A stretch of DNA of 64,000 nucleotides from an uncultured Candidatus Binatia bacterium (lineage in GTDB: Bacteria; Desulfobacterota; Binatia; UBA9968; JAJDTQ01), in assembly GCA_965215605.1 (NCBI GenBank), contig OZ244070.1, positions 1,440,001 through 1,504,000 of the forward strand. The letters are read 5' to 3'. The position numbers and the translations under genes are program-made. Of the stretch, positions 27,299 through 35,990 are shown piece after piece. A model generated the notes under the pieces. That model was not told the origin of the DNA. It did not search any database and saw only the letters and a list, made by a program, of their open reading frames with translations. How positions within the stretch are numbered: the stretch's first letter is position 1; each line of letters begins with the position of its first letter.

Positions 27299-29653
27299 TC
27301 ACGCTTGACCCGGGGTCCGGGGTGACGGCTCCGGGCGGCCTAGTACTTCCAGGACCCGTTCAGGCCTCAACGGCAGGTCCTTCACCCGCAGCCCGCCCAA
27401 GGCGTTGGCCACGGCGTTGCCGATGGCGGGTTCCACCGGGCCGAGGGCGGCTTCGCCCATGCCCTTGGCGCCGAAGGGGCCGTCGGGATGGGGGTGCTCT
27501 ACCAGTAGGGACGAGAAGGTCTCGGGATGGTCCTGCATGGACGGGGGGAGGTAGCTGAGGAACGTGCAGTTGATGGGCTGGCCGTTGTCGAACACCATCT
27601 CCTCGAACAGGGACGAGCCCAGGGACATGAGCATGGAGCCCTCGTTCTGAAGATGACACTGGCGCGGGTTGATAGCCTTGCCGGCGTCCACCGCGGTGAC
27701 GAGGCGCACCACCCGCACCTTGCCGGTTCCGGTGTCCACCTCCACCTCGGCGGCGCAGGCGGAGAGGAAGAAGAAGGCGGACGCCTTGCCCTTGCCCGTG
27801 GCGGGGTCGACGCCGCCCCGGCTCTGGAAGCCGGCGCTGCCGAAGAGGCTTCCCAACACGCCGCCGAAGCGGGCGCGGAAAAGGTCGCTGATGGGGAGCC
27901 GCCGCTCGGGGACTCCGGCCACCTGCACGAAGCCGTCCCGCAACTCCAGGTCGCCCGGGTCGGCCTCGAGCTCCCCGGCGCCGATCTCCAGTAGCTGGCC
28001 GGCCACCTCCCGGGCGGCCCGGACGGCGGCGTTGCCCATGCTGAAGACCGTGCGGCTGGAGCTGGTGGACTGGTCGAAGGGAGTCACGTCGGTATCGGGA
28101 AGGGTGACGGAAACCCGTTCCCGCGGCAGGCCCAGCACCTCGCTCACCATCTGCGCCAGGCTCGTCTGGACCCCCTGACCAATCTCCACGCTACCTGACA
28201 GCAGCGTCGCCGAGCCGTCGGCGTTGAGCCGGACGCTGGCGGACGAATGAGACGGCGTCATGGTGGTCTTGATCATCACCGCCACGCCCTTGCCGCGCAC
28301 GAGGGTCGCCGGCGGCCGCGGCGCCTGCTCCGTCCCGCCCTGCCACCCGATGGCCTCGGCGGCGGCCCGCAGGCAGTCCTCCAACCCCACCGCCTCCAGG
28401 GTATCGCCGGTGACGAAGACGTCGCCGTCGTGCACGAGGTTCCGGAGCCGCATCTCCAGCGGGTCCAGCTCCAGCCGGCGCGCCATGTTGTCCATCTGCG
28501 CCTCGTAGGCCCAGCACACCTGGGGCACGCCGAAACCCCGGTAGGGGCCGGTGGGCGGGGTGTTGGTGTAGACGCACCAGGAGGTCAGGCGCTGGTGCGG
28601 AATGCGGTAGGGTCCGCCGGACACCTCGCCGCCGTTGCGCGACGTGGACGGCCCGGTGAGGGCGTAGGCGCCGGTGTCATAGACCGCCGCCACCTCCCGC
28701 GCCAGGATCGTGCCGTCGCGTTTCACGCCGGTCTTGATGCGCACCACCGAGGCGTGGCAGTGGCCGGTGAGGAACACTTCCTCGCGCGTGAGCTTCCACT
28801 GCACCGGCCGGCGCGCCTTGCGGGCCAACGCCGCGGCCAGGGGTTCCAGGCGCAGGTGCACCTTGCCGCCGTAGCCGCCCCCGACGTAGGGCACCACCAC
28901 CCGCACCATGGATTGCGGCAGCTCGAACAGCTCGGCGAGCTGGACCTGGATGGACGACGGGTTCTGGGTGGCGGAATAAACCGTCAGCTTGCCCGCTGCA
29001 TCCCAGAGGGCAGTGACCACGTGGGGTTCCAGGTGACCGTGCTGGATCTTAGGGGTGGTGTAGACGTCCTCGAAGACCAGGTCCGAGGCGGCGAAGCCCT
29101 CCTCGATGTCGCCACGGCCCACGCTGTAGGAGGTCAGGACGTTGGCGCGGTCCTCGTAGTGGTAGTGGCCCTTGTCCAGACGGCTCTCGGACTGCACGCG
29201 CGTTTCATGAAGCACCGGCGCGCCGGGCTCCATGGCTTCCATCGGGTCCAGCACCGGCGTCAGCGGCTCGTACTCCACGTGGATGAGCTCGACCGCTTCT
29301 TCCGCGGTACCCGGCTCTTCGGCCGCCACCGCGGCCACCACCTCGCCCGCGTACCGAACACGGTCCACCGCCACGATGGGCTGGTCCTTGACCACCGGTC
29401 CGAAATGGGAATGGCTTGGCGGGAGGTCAGCGCCGGTGAGCACCGCCACCACCCCGGGCAGGGCCTCGGCGGCGCTCGCATCCACGGAGACGAGCCGGGC
29501 GTGGGGATGCACGCTCCTCAGCGCCTTGACGTGTACGAGCCCCGGAAACTCCAGGTCGCCGGTGTATTGGGCGGCGCCGGTGACCTTCGCCGGTCCGTCG
29601 ACCCGCGGCGCGTTGTCGCCGATGGAGCTCATGAGTCCGAGAGCCTCGGCCAT
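27299..29653 (-). CDS. Xanthine dehydrogenase family molybdopterin-binding subunit
   Basis: KVTG.A.Y..D, GGGYGGK, YRGFGVPQ, GQG, GAKGMGE. Confidence 0.92.
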   Translation of the reverse strand: MAEALGLMSSIGDNAPRVDGPAKVTGAAQYTGDLEFPGLVHVKALRSVHPHARLVSVDASAAEALPGVVAVLTGADLPPSHSHFGPVVKDQPIVAVDRVRYAGEVVAAVAAEEPGTAEEAVELIHVEYEPLTPVLDPMEAMEPGAPVLHETRVQSESRLDKGHYHYEDRANVLTSYSVGRGDIEEGFAASDLVFEDVYTTPKIQHGHLEPHVVTALWDAAGKLTVYSATQNPSSIQVQLAELFELPQSMVRVVVPYVGGGYGGKVHLRLEPLAAALARKARRPVQWKLTREEVFLTGHCHASVVRIKTGVKRDGTILAREVAAVYDTGAYALTGPSTSRNGGEVSGGPYRIPHQRLTSWCVYTNTPPTGPYRGFGVPQVCWAYEAQMDNMARRLELDPLEMRLRNLVHDGDVFVTGDTLEAVGLEDCLRAAAEAIGWQGGTEQAPRPPATLVRGKGVAVMIKTTMTPSHSSASVRLNADGSATLLSGSVEIGQGVQTSLAQMVSEVLGLPRERVSVTLPDTDVTPFDQSTSSSRTVFSMGNAAVRAAREVAGQLLEIGAGELEADPGDLELRDGFVQVAGVPERRLPISDLFRARFGGVLGSLFGSAGFQSRGGVDPATGKGKASAFFFLSACAAEVEVDTGTGKVRVVRLVTAVDAGKAINPRQCHLQNEGSMLMSLGSSLFEEMVFDNGQPINCTFLSYLPPSMQDHPETFSSLLVEHPHPDGPFGAKGMGEAALGPVEPAIGNAVANALGGLRVKDLPLRPERVLEVLGRPEPSPRTPGQA

Positions 29654-29681
29654 GTGCCGTCCCTTCCGGAACCGCGGCCTG

Positions 29682-30308
29682 TCAGGCCTGCTGGAGCTTC
29701 TCCAGGAAGGTTGCGGAGTCCATCACCACGCCGAAGTGCTTGTCGAAGTTCTCGAGGGTGGCCGCCTGTTCCTCGTCGGAGAAGCAGGCATTGGCGTCCG
29801 AGAGAAAGAGCACCTTGAAGTCGCGCATGGCGCCGTCCCGGGCGGTGCTGTCGCAGCACACGTTGGTGGCCACGCCGGTGATGGCGACGGTGTCCCGTCC
29901 CAGGCGCCGCAGGATGTTCTCCAGGTTGGTGCCGTAGAAGCCGCTGTAGCGGAACTTCTTGATGGTGATCTCGTCCTCCTCGGGCTTCACGCTCTCCAGG
30001 AACTCAGCGCCGGGCGCCCCCTCGATGTTGGTCCAGGGATCATCGGTGTGGTGGGTAACGGGCTTGAGATCCGCGAACACGCCCACGTCCGCCAGGTCCT
30101 TGCGCTTGGTGGTGTGGAGATAGATCACCGGCACGTCCGACGAGCGGCACACCCCCAGCAGCTCCTGCATCTTCGGGATGATGTCTTCCGACGACGGCAG
30201 GTAGCGGGCGCCCCTGGGGTCCACCCACATATTCTGCATGTCGACGACGATGAGCGCCGTGTTGTCCTTGCCGATACGCCAATGGTCCGCGGGGCGCGTT
30301 TCGTCCAT
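29682..30308 (-). CDS. Isochorismatase/cysteine hydrolase family protein
   Basis: ALIVVDMQN, KFRYSGF, GVATNVCCDSTARD. Confidence 0.9.
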   Translation of the reverse strand: MDETRPADHWRIGKDNTALIVVDMQNMWVDPRGARYLPSSEDIIPKMQELLGVCRSSDVPVIYLHTTKRKDLADVGVFADLKPVTHHTDDPWTNIEGAPGAEFLESVKPEEDEITIKKFRYSGFYGTNLENILRRLGRDTVAITGVATNVCCDSTARDGAMRDFKVLFLSDANACFSDEEQAATLENFDKHFGVVMDSATFLEKLQQA

Positions 30309-30406
30309 GTTCCACCTCCTCCGGGTCACGCATGCGTGGCGGGCGCCGGAACCCCCGTCTACCACAGACAAAACCGGGGTCACAAGGCGGCCCCCGCGGC
30401 TTCTAA

Positions 30407-30576
30407 GTGCGCCACGACTCGGACATCAGGACCCTGGGCGATCTCAAGGGCAAACGGAGTTGCTGCTGTTCTTTCCGGCCAGCGGCGTGAACCAAGGCAT
30501 CTGGACGGACGTGGCCGGGGCCTGCCTGGCCGGGGTTCTGGCCGTCACCAGGGGTTTCCCGGGAGAGAGGCGCTGA
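30407..30576 (+). pseudogene. Collapsed transporter remnant (TAXI-like binding-protein fragment plus permease C-terminus)
   Basis: VRHDSDIRTLGDLKGKR (30407-30457), then in another frame LLLFFPASGVNQGIWTDVAGACLAGVLAVTRGFPGERR*. Confidence 0.5.
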
Positions 30577-32043
30577 CTACAGCGCCTCGGCCCCGAACCG
30601 TTCGATGACCTCCAGGGTCTCGCGGACGTCGTCCCAGGTGGTGTTGTGGTTGATGATGCACAGCCTGAGGGAAAACTTCCCGGCCAGCGTCGTCGATGAG
30701 ATGAGCGCGCGGTCCTCCCAGAAGACGCGCGCGAGCACGTTCCGGTTGACCTTTTCCAGCCTCTCCTCGTCGAGGTCCCGGCCGGCGGGGTTCACCCGGA
30801 AGCACACGATCCCCAGCGACGCCGGGTTCAGCGTCTCGAGCATGGAGCTCTCCCGCACGTAATCGTCGGCCCGGGCCGCCAGCTCCATCCCCTGCGACAC
30901 CGCCTGCCGGAACGCGGCCATGCCGAAGGTCTGCACCGACATCCAGATCTTCAATGCCCGCGCCGAGCGGCTCAACTGCAGCCCGAGGTCCGAGAAGTTC
31001 GGATGGTTGGCGCCCCAGATGGTGTCCTGGAGGACATCGTGGTGCACTTCGAAGGCCGTTTCGAGGGTGGCGGCGTCCTTCACCAGCAGGCCGCCCACCT
31101 CGTAGGGTTGGAAGAACCATTTGTGGCCGTCCAGGTTCACCGAGTCGGCGCGCTCAATGCCGCGCAGGAGCTCCTTGCCCCGCTCCGTCACCACCGCGAA
31201 ACCGCCGTAGGCGCCGTCGACGTGCAGCCAGATGCCCTCCGCCTCGCAGAAGTCGGCGATTTCCTCGAGCGGATCGATGGCCCCGGTGCTGCTGGCTCCG
31301 GCATTGGCGCACACCGTGACGGGATTCAGGCCGGCGGCACGGTCTTCGGCCACGGCGCGAGCCAGCGCGTCCACATCGAGGCGAAACCGCTCGTCCGTCG
31401 GCAGCAGCCGTGTGTGCTCCCGCCTGACGCCCGTGATCCTGGCGGCGCGGACCTGGGCGCTGTGGCTCTGGTCGCTCATGTACACGGTGGCGCCGTCGGG
31501 GTTGCCGGCGGCTTCCCGTGCCGCGACGAAGGCGTCCACGCTGGCCGCCGAGCCTCCGCTGGTCAGGAGCCCTCCGGCGCTGTCCGGGTAGCCGATCCAG
31601 CGCTTCAACCAGTCGAGGACCACCAGCTCGACCTCGCTGGGGCCGCTCGCCACCAACCAGGTGCATTGGTTGAAGTTGTAGCCGGCGGCCATGAAGTCGG
31701 CCAGCACACTCGGCCACGTCGGCGACGACGGGATGAACGCGAAGCAACGCGGGTGATCCAGGCGCGTGGCGAACGGGAGCACCTCGCGCGCGGCCCGTTC
31801 GATGACCTCCGCGCCCGGCCGTCCGTCCTCGGGCGGATCCTCCTTGAGCCTGGCGTCGAGGGCCTGCTGGAAGTCCCCGTCCCAGGCGTTGTCCCCGGGC
31901 AGGCCCTTGATCCGCTCAACCAGGATCTCCGCGGCCTTGTGCGCGAGCTCGAGCATGGCCTCCGGCGCCATCTCGAGGGGGCCGTGATCCGGCGTGTCCA
32001 CTGCCGACCCTTTGCCGTCCTTGCCCTCGTTGGAATGTTCCAT
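30577..32043 (-). CDS. PLP-dependent group II (aromatic) amino acid decarboxylase
   Basis: HPRCFAFIPS, TSGGS, QSHS, GAIDPL, HVDGAYG, DGHKW (PLP lysine), SRSARALK. Confidence 0.9.
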   Translation of the reverse strand: MEHSNEGKDGKGSAVDTPDHGPLEMAPEAMLELAHKAAEILVERIKGLPGDNAWDGDFQQALDARLKEDPPEDGRPGAEVIERAAREVLPFATRLDHPRCFAFIPSSPTWPSVLADFMAAGYNFNQCTWLVASGPSEVELVVLDWLKRWIGYPDSAGGLLTSGGSAASVDAFVAAREAAGNPDGATVYMSDQSHSAQVRAARITGVRREHTRLLPTDERFRLDVDALARAVAEDRAAGLNPVTVCANAGASSTGAIDPLEEIADFCEAEGIWLHVDGAYGGFAVVTERGKELLRGIERADSVNLDGHKWFFQPYEVGGLLVKDAATLETAFEVHHDVLQDTIWGANHPNFSDLGLQLSRSARALKIWMSVQTFGMAAFRQAVSQGMELAARADDYVRESSMLETLNPASLGIVCFRVNPAGRDLDEERLEKVNRNVLARVFWEDRALISSTTLAGKFSLRLCIINHNTTWDDVRETLEVIERFGAEAL

Positions 32044-32232
32044 TCCACCTGCAATAGCACATATTGTCGGTGCCAAGGAAAGCCCTGTTCGCATACCGTT
32101 GAGACGAGTCCTTGAACCGCCGGGAATCAACGGGATAGACTGGCCGCCGACCCGTGCCTGGGAGGATCCGTCATGACCGAGGTCATCATGATCGGGACGG
32201 GACGGGCGCGACGACGGGCCCAGGGAGGAAAC

Positions 32233-32526
32233 ATGCTCGAAGCCAAGGACGTGCAAGGGGTGCTGGCGATCATGCCGACGCCCGCCAAGGACGGCGCCGA
32301 CAGCCTGGAGGCCGTGGAAACCGTGGACCTGGACGAGACCGCCCGGCTGGCCGAGAGTCTGGTGCGCGACGGCGTCTCCGGCATCATGGGCGCCTCCGGC
32401 TACTGCAAGCCCGGCCCCATCCGGCCGCCCTACGACGTTATGCCGGAGGACTTCGCGGAGGGGTGCCGGGAGTCCGGCCGGCGTTTCGCGGAACTGAGGA
32501 CCAAGTACGCACAACCCTTGGGTTGA
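32233..32526 (+). pseudogene. Internally deleted NahE-like hydratase-aldolase (DHDPS/NAL family)
   Basis: N-terminus IMPTP...TVDLDETARL..SLV.DGV.GI fused in frame to C-terminus GY..PGP.RPPY...PED....ESGRRFAELRTKY. Only 97 aa; the TIM-barrel core is missing. Confidence 0.75.
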
Positions 32527-32559
32527 CCCCCATCCGGGGGGCGCCGAAATACGGGCACG

Positions 32560-33645
32560 ATGACGCTCATCCTCACCAACGAGGAGGTCGAGAGCTGCTT
32601 CACCCTGCAGGAGTGCTTCGAGGTGATGGAGCCGGCGTTCATCGACCTGGGCAACGGCGCGGCGGCGAACCTGCCCCGGCAGGACCTGCTGGTGCCCGGC
32701 CCCCTGGAGGGCAGCTACCACGGCCTCAAGTCCGCGGGAGGCTCCATGCCGCGGTTCGGCGTGACCGCGGCGCGGTTGACCTCCGATATCGTCACCTGGC
32801 CGGAAGTGGACGGCCAGAGGCGCCGGGTCAAGGTGCCGCTGGCCATGGGTGGGAAGTACGTGGGCTTGGTGTTCCTCTTCAGCACCGCCACCGGCGAGCT
32901 GCTGGCCATCTTCCCTGACGGCCTGGTCCAGGCCATCCGCGTGGGCGTCACCAATGCCTTGTCGGCCAAGTACATGGCGCGGCCGGAATCGTCGGTGCTG
33001 GGGCTCTACGGCTCCGGCTGGCAGGCCCGGTCCGGCCTGCTGGCCATGTGCTCGGCCATGCCCATCCGAGAGGTGCGGGTCTTCAGCCCGACGGGGGAGC
33101 ATCGGCGGGGCTTCGCTCATGACATGGATGAGCGGGCGGAAGCCGCGGTGCGGGCCGTGGACGTTCCCGAGGACGCCGCCCGCGGTGCCGACATCGTCCT
33201 CCTCACCACCAACGCGCTGGTGCCCTTCTTCCCCGCCGCGTGGATCGGAAACGGCATGCACATCGCCACCGTGCGCTCCAGCGAGATGACCGTGGACGCG
33301 CTGCTTCGCTGCGACCGGGTGGTGGTTTCCAGCCGGGAGGCGGCCCGGCTGGTGACGCTGCCCGGCGAAGAAGAGCGTATCCCCGAGGCCGGCGAGGGCG
33401 ATTACCGCCGGGAGGAGTTGAGCGGCACCGAAGCCGACTGGAGTCTCAAGCCGGAACTGGGAGAGCTCATGGCCGGGAAGGCGGCGTCGCGAGAGCGCCC
33501 ATCGGAGGTGACCTGCATGCTCAACTACGTGGGGCTGGGCCTCCAGTTCGCTGCCGCCGGAGCGCGGATCTACGAGTTGGCGAAGGAGCGGGGCCTGGGG
33601 AGAGAACTGCCCACCGAATGGTTCTCGCAGGACCTGCATTCGTAG
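32560..33645 (+). CDS. Ornithine cyclodeaminase/mu-crystallin family protein
   Basis: GLYGSGWQA, ADIV..TTN, GLGLQFAAAG..IYE.A. Confidence 0.9.
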   Translation: MTLILTNEEVESCFTLQECFEVMEPAFIDLGNGAAANLPRQDLLVPGPLEGSYHGLKSAGGSMPRFGVTAARLTSDIVTWPEVDGQRRRVKVPLAMGGKYVGLVFLFSTATGELLAIFPDGLVQAIRVGVTNALSAKYMARPESSVLGLYGSGWQARSGLLAMCSAMPIREVRVFSPTGEHRRGFAHDMDERAEAAVRAVDVPEDAARGADIVLLTTNALVPFFPAAWIGNGMHIATVRSSEMTVDALLRCDRVVVSSREAARLVTLPGEEERIPEAGEGDYRREELSGTEADWSLKPELGELMAGKAASRERPSEVTCMLNYVGLGLQFAAAGARIYELAKERGLGRELPTEWFSQDLHS

Positions 33646-33729
33646 GCGTACTTCGCGAGAACGCCTACCGACAAAAGGTAAGCTTCACCAGTAACACCAG
33701 TCATCCTCGACTTCCGGGGCAAGCGACGA

Positions 33730-34719
33730 CTACGTGACCAGCAGGATCTTGCCGGTAGTCGTGCGGGATGCCAGTAGGCGGTGGGCCTCGGCAGCCTGGG
33801 ACAGGGCGAGCGTGGCGCCGATGCGTACGGCGAGCTTTCCGGACTCGATCCATCCCAGCACGTCTCCCGCCCGGGCCAGGATCTCGGCGCGGTCGGTGGT
33901 GTGGTGGGTGAGACTGGGGCGGCTGAGGGAGAGCGATCCCTTGGCGTTGAGCACCGCGGTGTCGAAGGGCGGCACGGCACCGCTGGACTGGCCGAAGACC
34001 ACCATGCAGCCGCGCGGCGCCAACGCGTCGAGGCTCTTCTCGAACGTGCTCTTTCCCACGGAGTCGTAGACCACGTTGACGCCGCGTCCACCGGTTAGCC
34101 GGCGCGTCACGGCGGAGAAGTCCTGCGTCGTGTAATCGATGACCGCGTCGGCGCCGGCATCCTGGGCGATGCGCGCCTTCTCGGGCGTCGACACGGTGCC
34201 GAGCACCCGCGCGCCCCGCATCTTCGCCATCTGCACCAGCAGCAGTCCCGTACCGCCGGCGGCAGCGTGGACGAGCACGGCATCGCCCGGTCCCACGGGG
34301 TAGGTGTCGCGGATGAGGTAGTGGGCGGTCATGCCCTGGAGCATGGCCGCGGCCGCGGTCCGGAGGTCCACGGTCTCGGGCACCCGCACCAAATGGCCCT
34401 CGGGCACCGCGGCCAGCTCGGCGTAGGAGCCGTAGCCGTTGGAGATGCCGTAGGCGACCCGGTCGCCGATCCGGACCTCGGAGACGCCGCTCCCCACCGC
34501 GCGCACGGTGCCGGCGCCCTCCGCGCCGGGGATGTAGGGGAGCTGCCGTCCGTGATGCCCGCCCCAGTGGAAACCCGAGCGGTAGTAGATGTCCAGGTAG
34601 TTGACCCCGGCCGCGGCCACCTCCACCAGCGCCTCGTCCTCCCGGGGCTCCGGGGCCTCCACCTCCTCGTAGCGGAGCACCTCCGGACCGCCCAGCGCGT
34701 GCACCTGGACGGCCTTCAT
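33730..34719 (-). CDS. qor: NADPH:quinone oxidoreductase (zeta-crystallin)
   Basis: GGPEVL, GVNYLD, LQGMTAHYL, HAAAGGTG, YDSVGK, TTGKILL. Confidence 0.88.
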   Translation of the reverse strand: MKAVQVHALGGPEVLRYEEVEAPEPREDEALVEVAAAGVNYLDIYYRSGFHWGGHHGRQLPYIPGAEGAGTVRAVGSGVSEVRIGDRVAYGISNGYGSYAELAAVPEGHLVRVPETVDLRTAAAAMLQGMTAHYLIRDTYPVGPGDAVLVHAAAGGTGLLLVQMAKMRGARVLGTVSTPEKARIAQDAGADAVIDYTTQDFSAVTRRLTGGRGVNVVYDSVGKSTFEKSLDALAPRGCMVVFGQSSGAVPPFDTAVLNAKGSLSLSRPSLTHHTTDRAEILARAGDVLGWIESGKLAVRIGATLALSQAAEAHRLLASRTTTGKILLVT

Positions 34720-34840
34720 CGGGGACGAGGGAACCTGAATGAAGCGCACGACGGAGCGCGGTCCGGGCGCGGCTTCCCTTGCGGAGGCCGGCGGCGCGTG
34801 GGCAGCCTCCGGGACACCATGCGCGTGCGCGTCGCCGCCA

Positions 34841-35539
34841 TCAGTCCAGCAGCGCCACCACCCGCGCCGGGGCGGATTCGGTCTTCCACTTGGCCGGAAG
34901 CGCGATGATCTTCGCGGAGGCGCCGATCTGGTCCAGGTTGATGAGATTCTCGATCTGACAGGTGACCCTGGGCAGGATGGTGCGGTGTACGGTCATGCCG
35001 CTGCCCAGTATCTCGTCGGCGTGCTGGTAGTCCGCGCCCTTCTCTTCCTGGGCGAAGTCGTAGCCGATGACCGCTGGCTGCTTGTCCACGACCCATTGGG
35101 CCGCCTCGCGGGAGAGAAACGGCGAGTCGTTCCACCAGGACGGATCGGTGGTCCGGTGCCCCTTGGGCCAGTCGGTGCGGAGAAGCAGAATCCCTCCGGG
35201 ATCGATCGTCACGCCCTGCTCCGCCAGCGCCGCCTCGGCCCGCTCCATGTCCTCGGGCGTGATGCGCGCGCCGGGCTGGCACCGGAAGGACAGGTCCAGC
35301 ACCACCGCCGTGCCCATCAGCGGCTCCAGCGGAAGCTGCTCCACCGACGGCTTGTCGCGAAAGAAGTGGTGCGGCGAGTCGATGTGGGTGCCGGCGTGAA
35401 CGGTCAACTCCACCAGGTTGGAGACGAACCCTTTCTCCTCCCAGTTGATGATGGGCTTTATCTTGAAGTAGGTTTCGTCGGGGGCGAACGGAGCCGAGTC
35501 GCACTCCTCTACGGTCATGCTGAGATCGACGATGCGCAT
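34841..35539 (-). CDS. Cyclase family protein (kynurenine formamidase-like)
   Basis: HAGTHIDSPHH motif, IENL, APARVVA. Confidence 0.9.
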   Translation of the reverse strand: MRIVDLSMTVEECDSAPFAPDETYFKIKPIINWEEKGFVSNLVELTVHAGTHIDSPHHFFRDKPSVEQLPLEPLMGTAVVLDLSFRCQPGARITPEDMERAEAALAEQGVTIDPGGILLLRTDWPKGHRTTDPSWWNDSPFLSREAAQWVVDKQPAVIGYDFAQEEKGADYQHADEILGSGMTVHRTILPRVTCQIENLINLDQIGASAKIIALPAKWKTESAPARVVALLD

Positions 35540-35679
35540 GGAAAAGGCTCCTTTCCGCAAGACAAACAGTCCGTGTCCTTATATCATTGCACGCTGCCGT
35601 AAAGTCAACGTGGCGGGGGACCGCGGAGGAAACGCGCCATGCGGGGTCCCGCAGACTGCATCATACAGGAGGTCAAATC

Positions 35680-35967
35680 ATGATTTACGAGGTCAGGGTT
35701 CAGACCGTCGATCCCGACAAGCGAAACGAATACGTCAAGGCCTACAAGGAAGCCATCCAGGCCAGCAAGGAGGCCGGATGCCACGGCGGGTTCATCATGT
35801 GCAGCGACGACGATCCTTCGAGGGTCATGGTCCTGCTCCACTGGCCGACCCGCGAGCACCACGAGCGCTGGCGCGGCACGCCGACCCACGTGAAGTTCCG
35901 CCAGACCATCGACCCCTGGCAGACCGCGCCCAGCATCGGCGACTACTACGTCGCCGAGACCATCTGA
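35680..35967 (+). CDS. ABM/dimeric alpha+beta barrel protein
   Basis: GGAGG RBS; GC.G.....W...E.H..W....H..F pattern. Confidence 0.75.
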   Translation: MIYEVRVQTVDPDKRNEYVKAYKEAIQASKEAGCHGGFIMCSDDDPSRVMVLLHWPTREHHERWRGTPTHVKFRQTIDPWQTAPSIGDYYVAETI

Positions 35968-35990
35968 CCGGTTGCCGCCGGAGGTTCACC

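Noticed and set aside
32055-32076. Sigma54-like TTGGCAC upstream of the decarboxylase
   Set aside because: No GC at the required GG-N10-GC spacing
30577-33639. 1020-aa ORF suggesting a large fusion
   Set aside because: The N-terminal half is antisense to the ornithine cyclodeaminase-like gene; the decarboxylase starts near 32043
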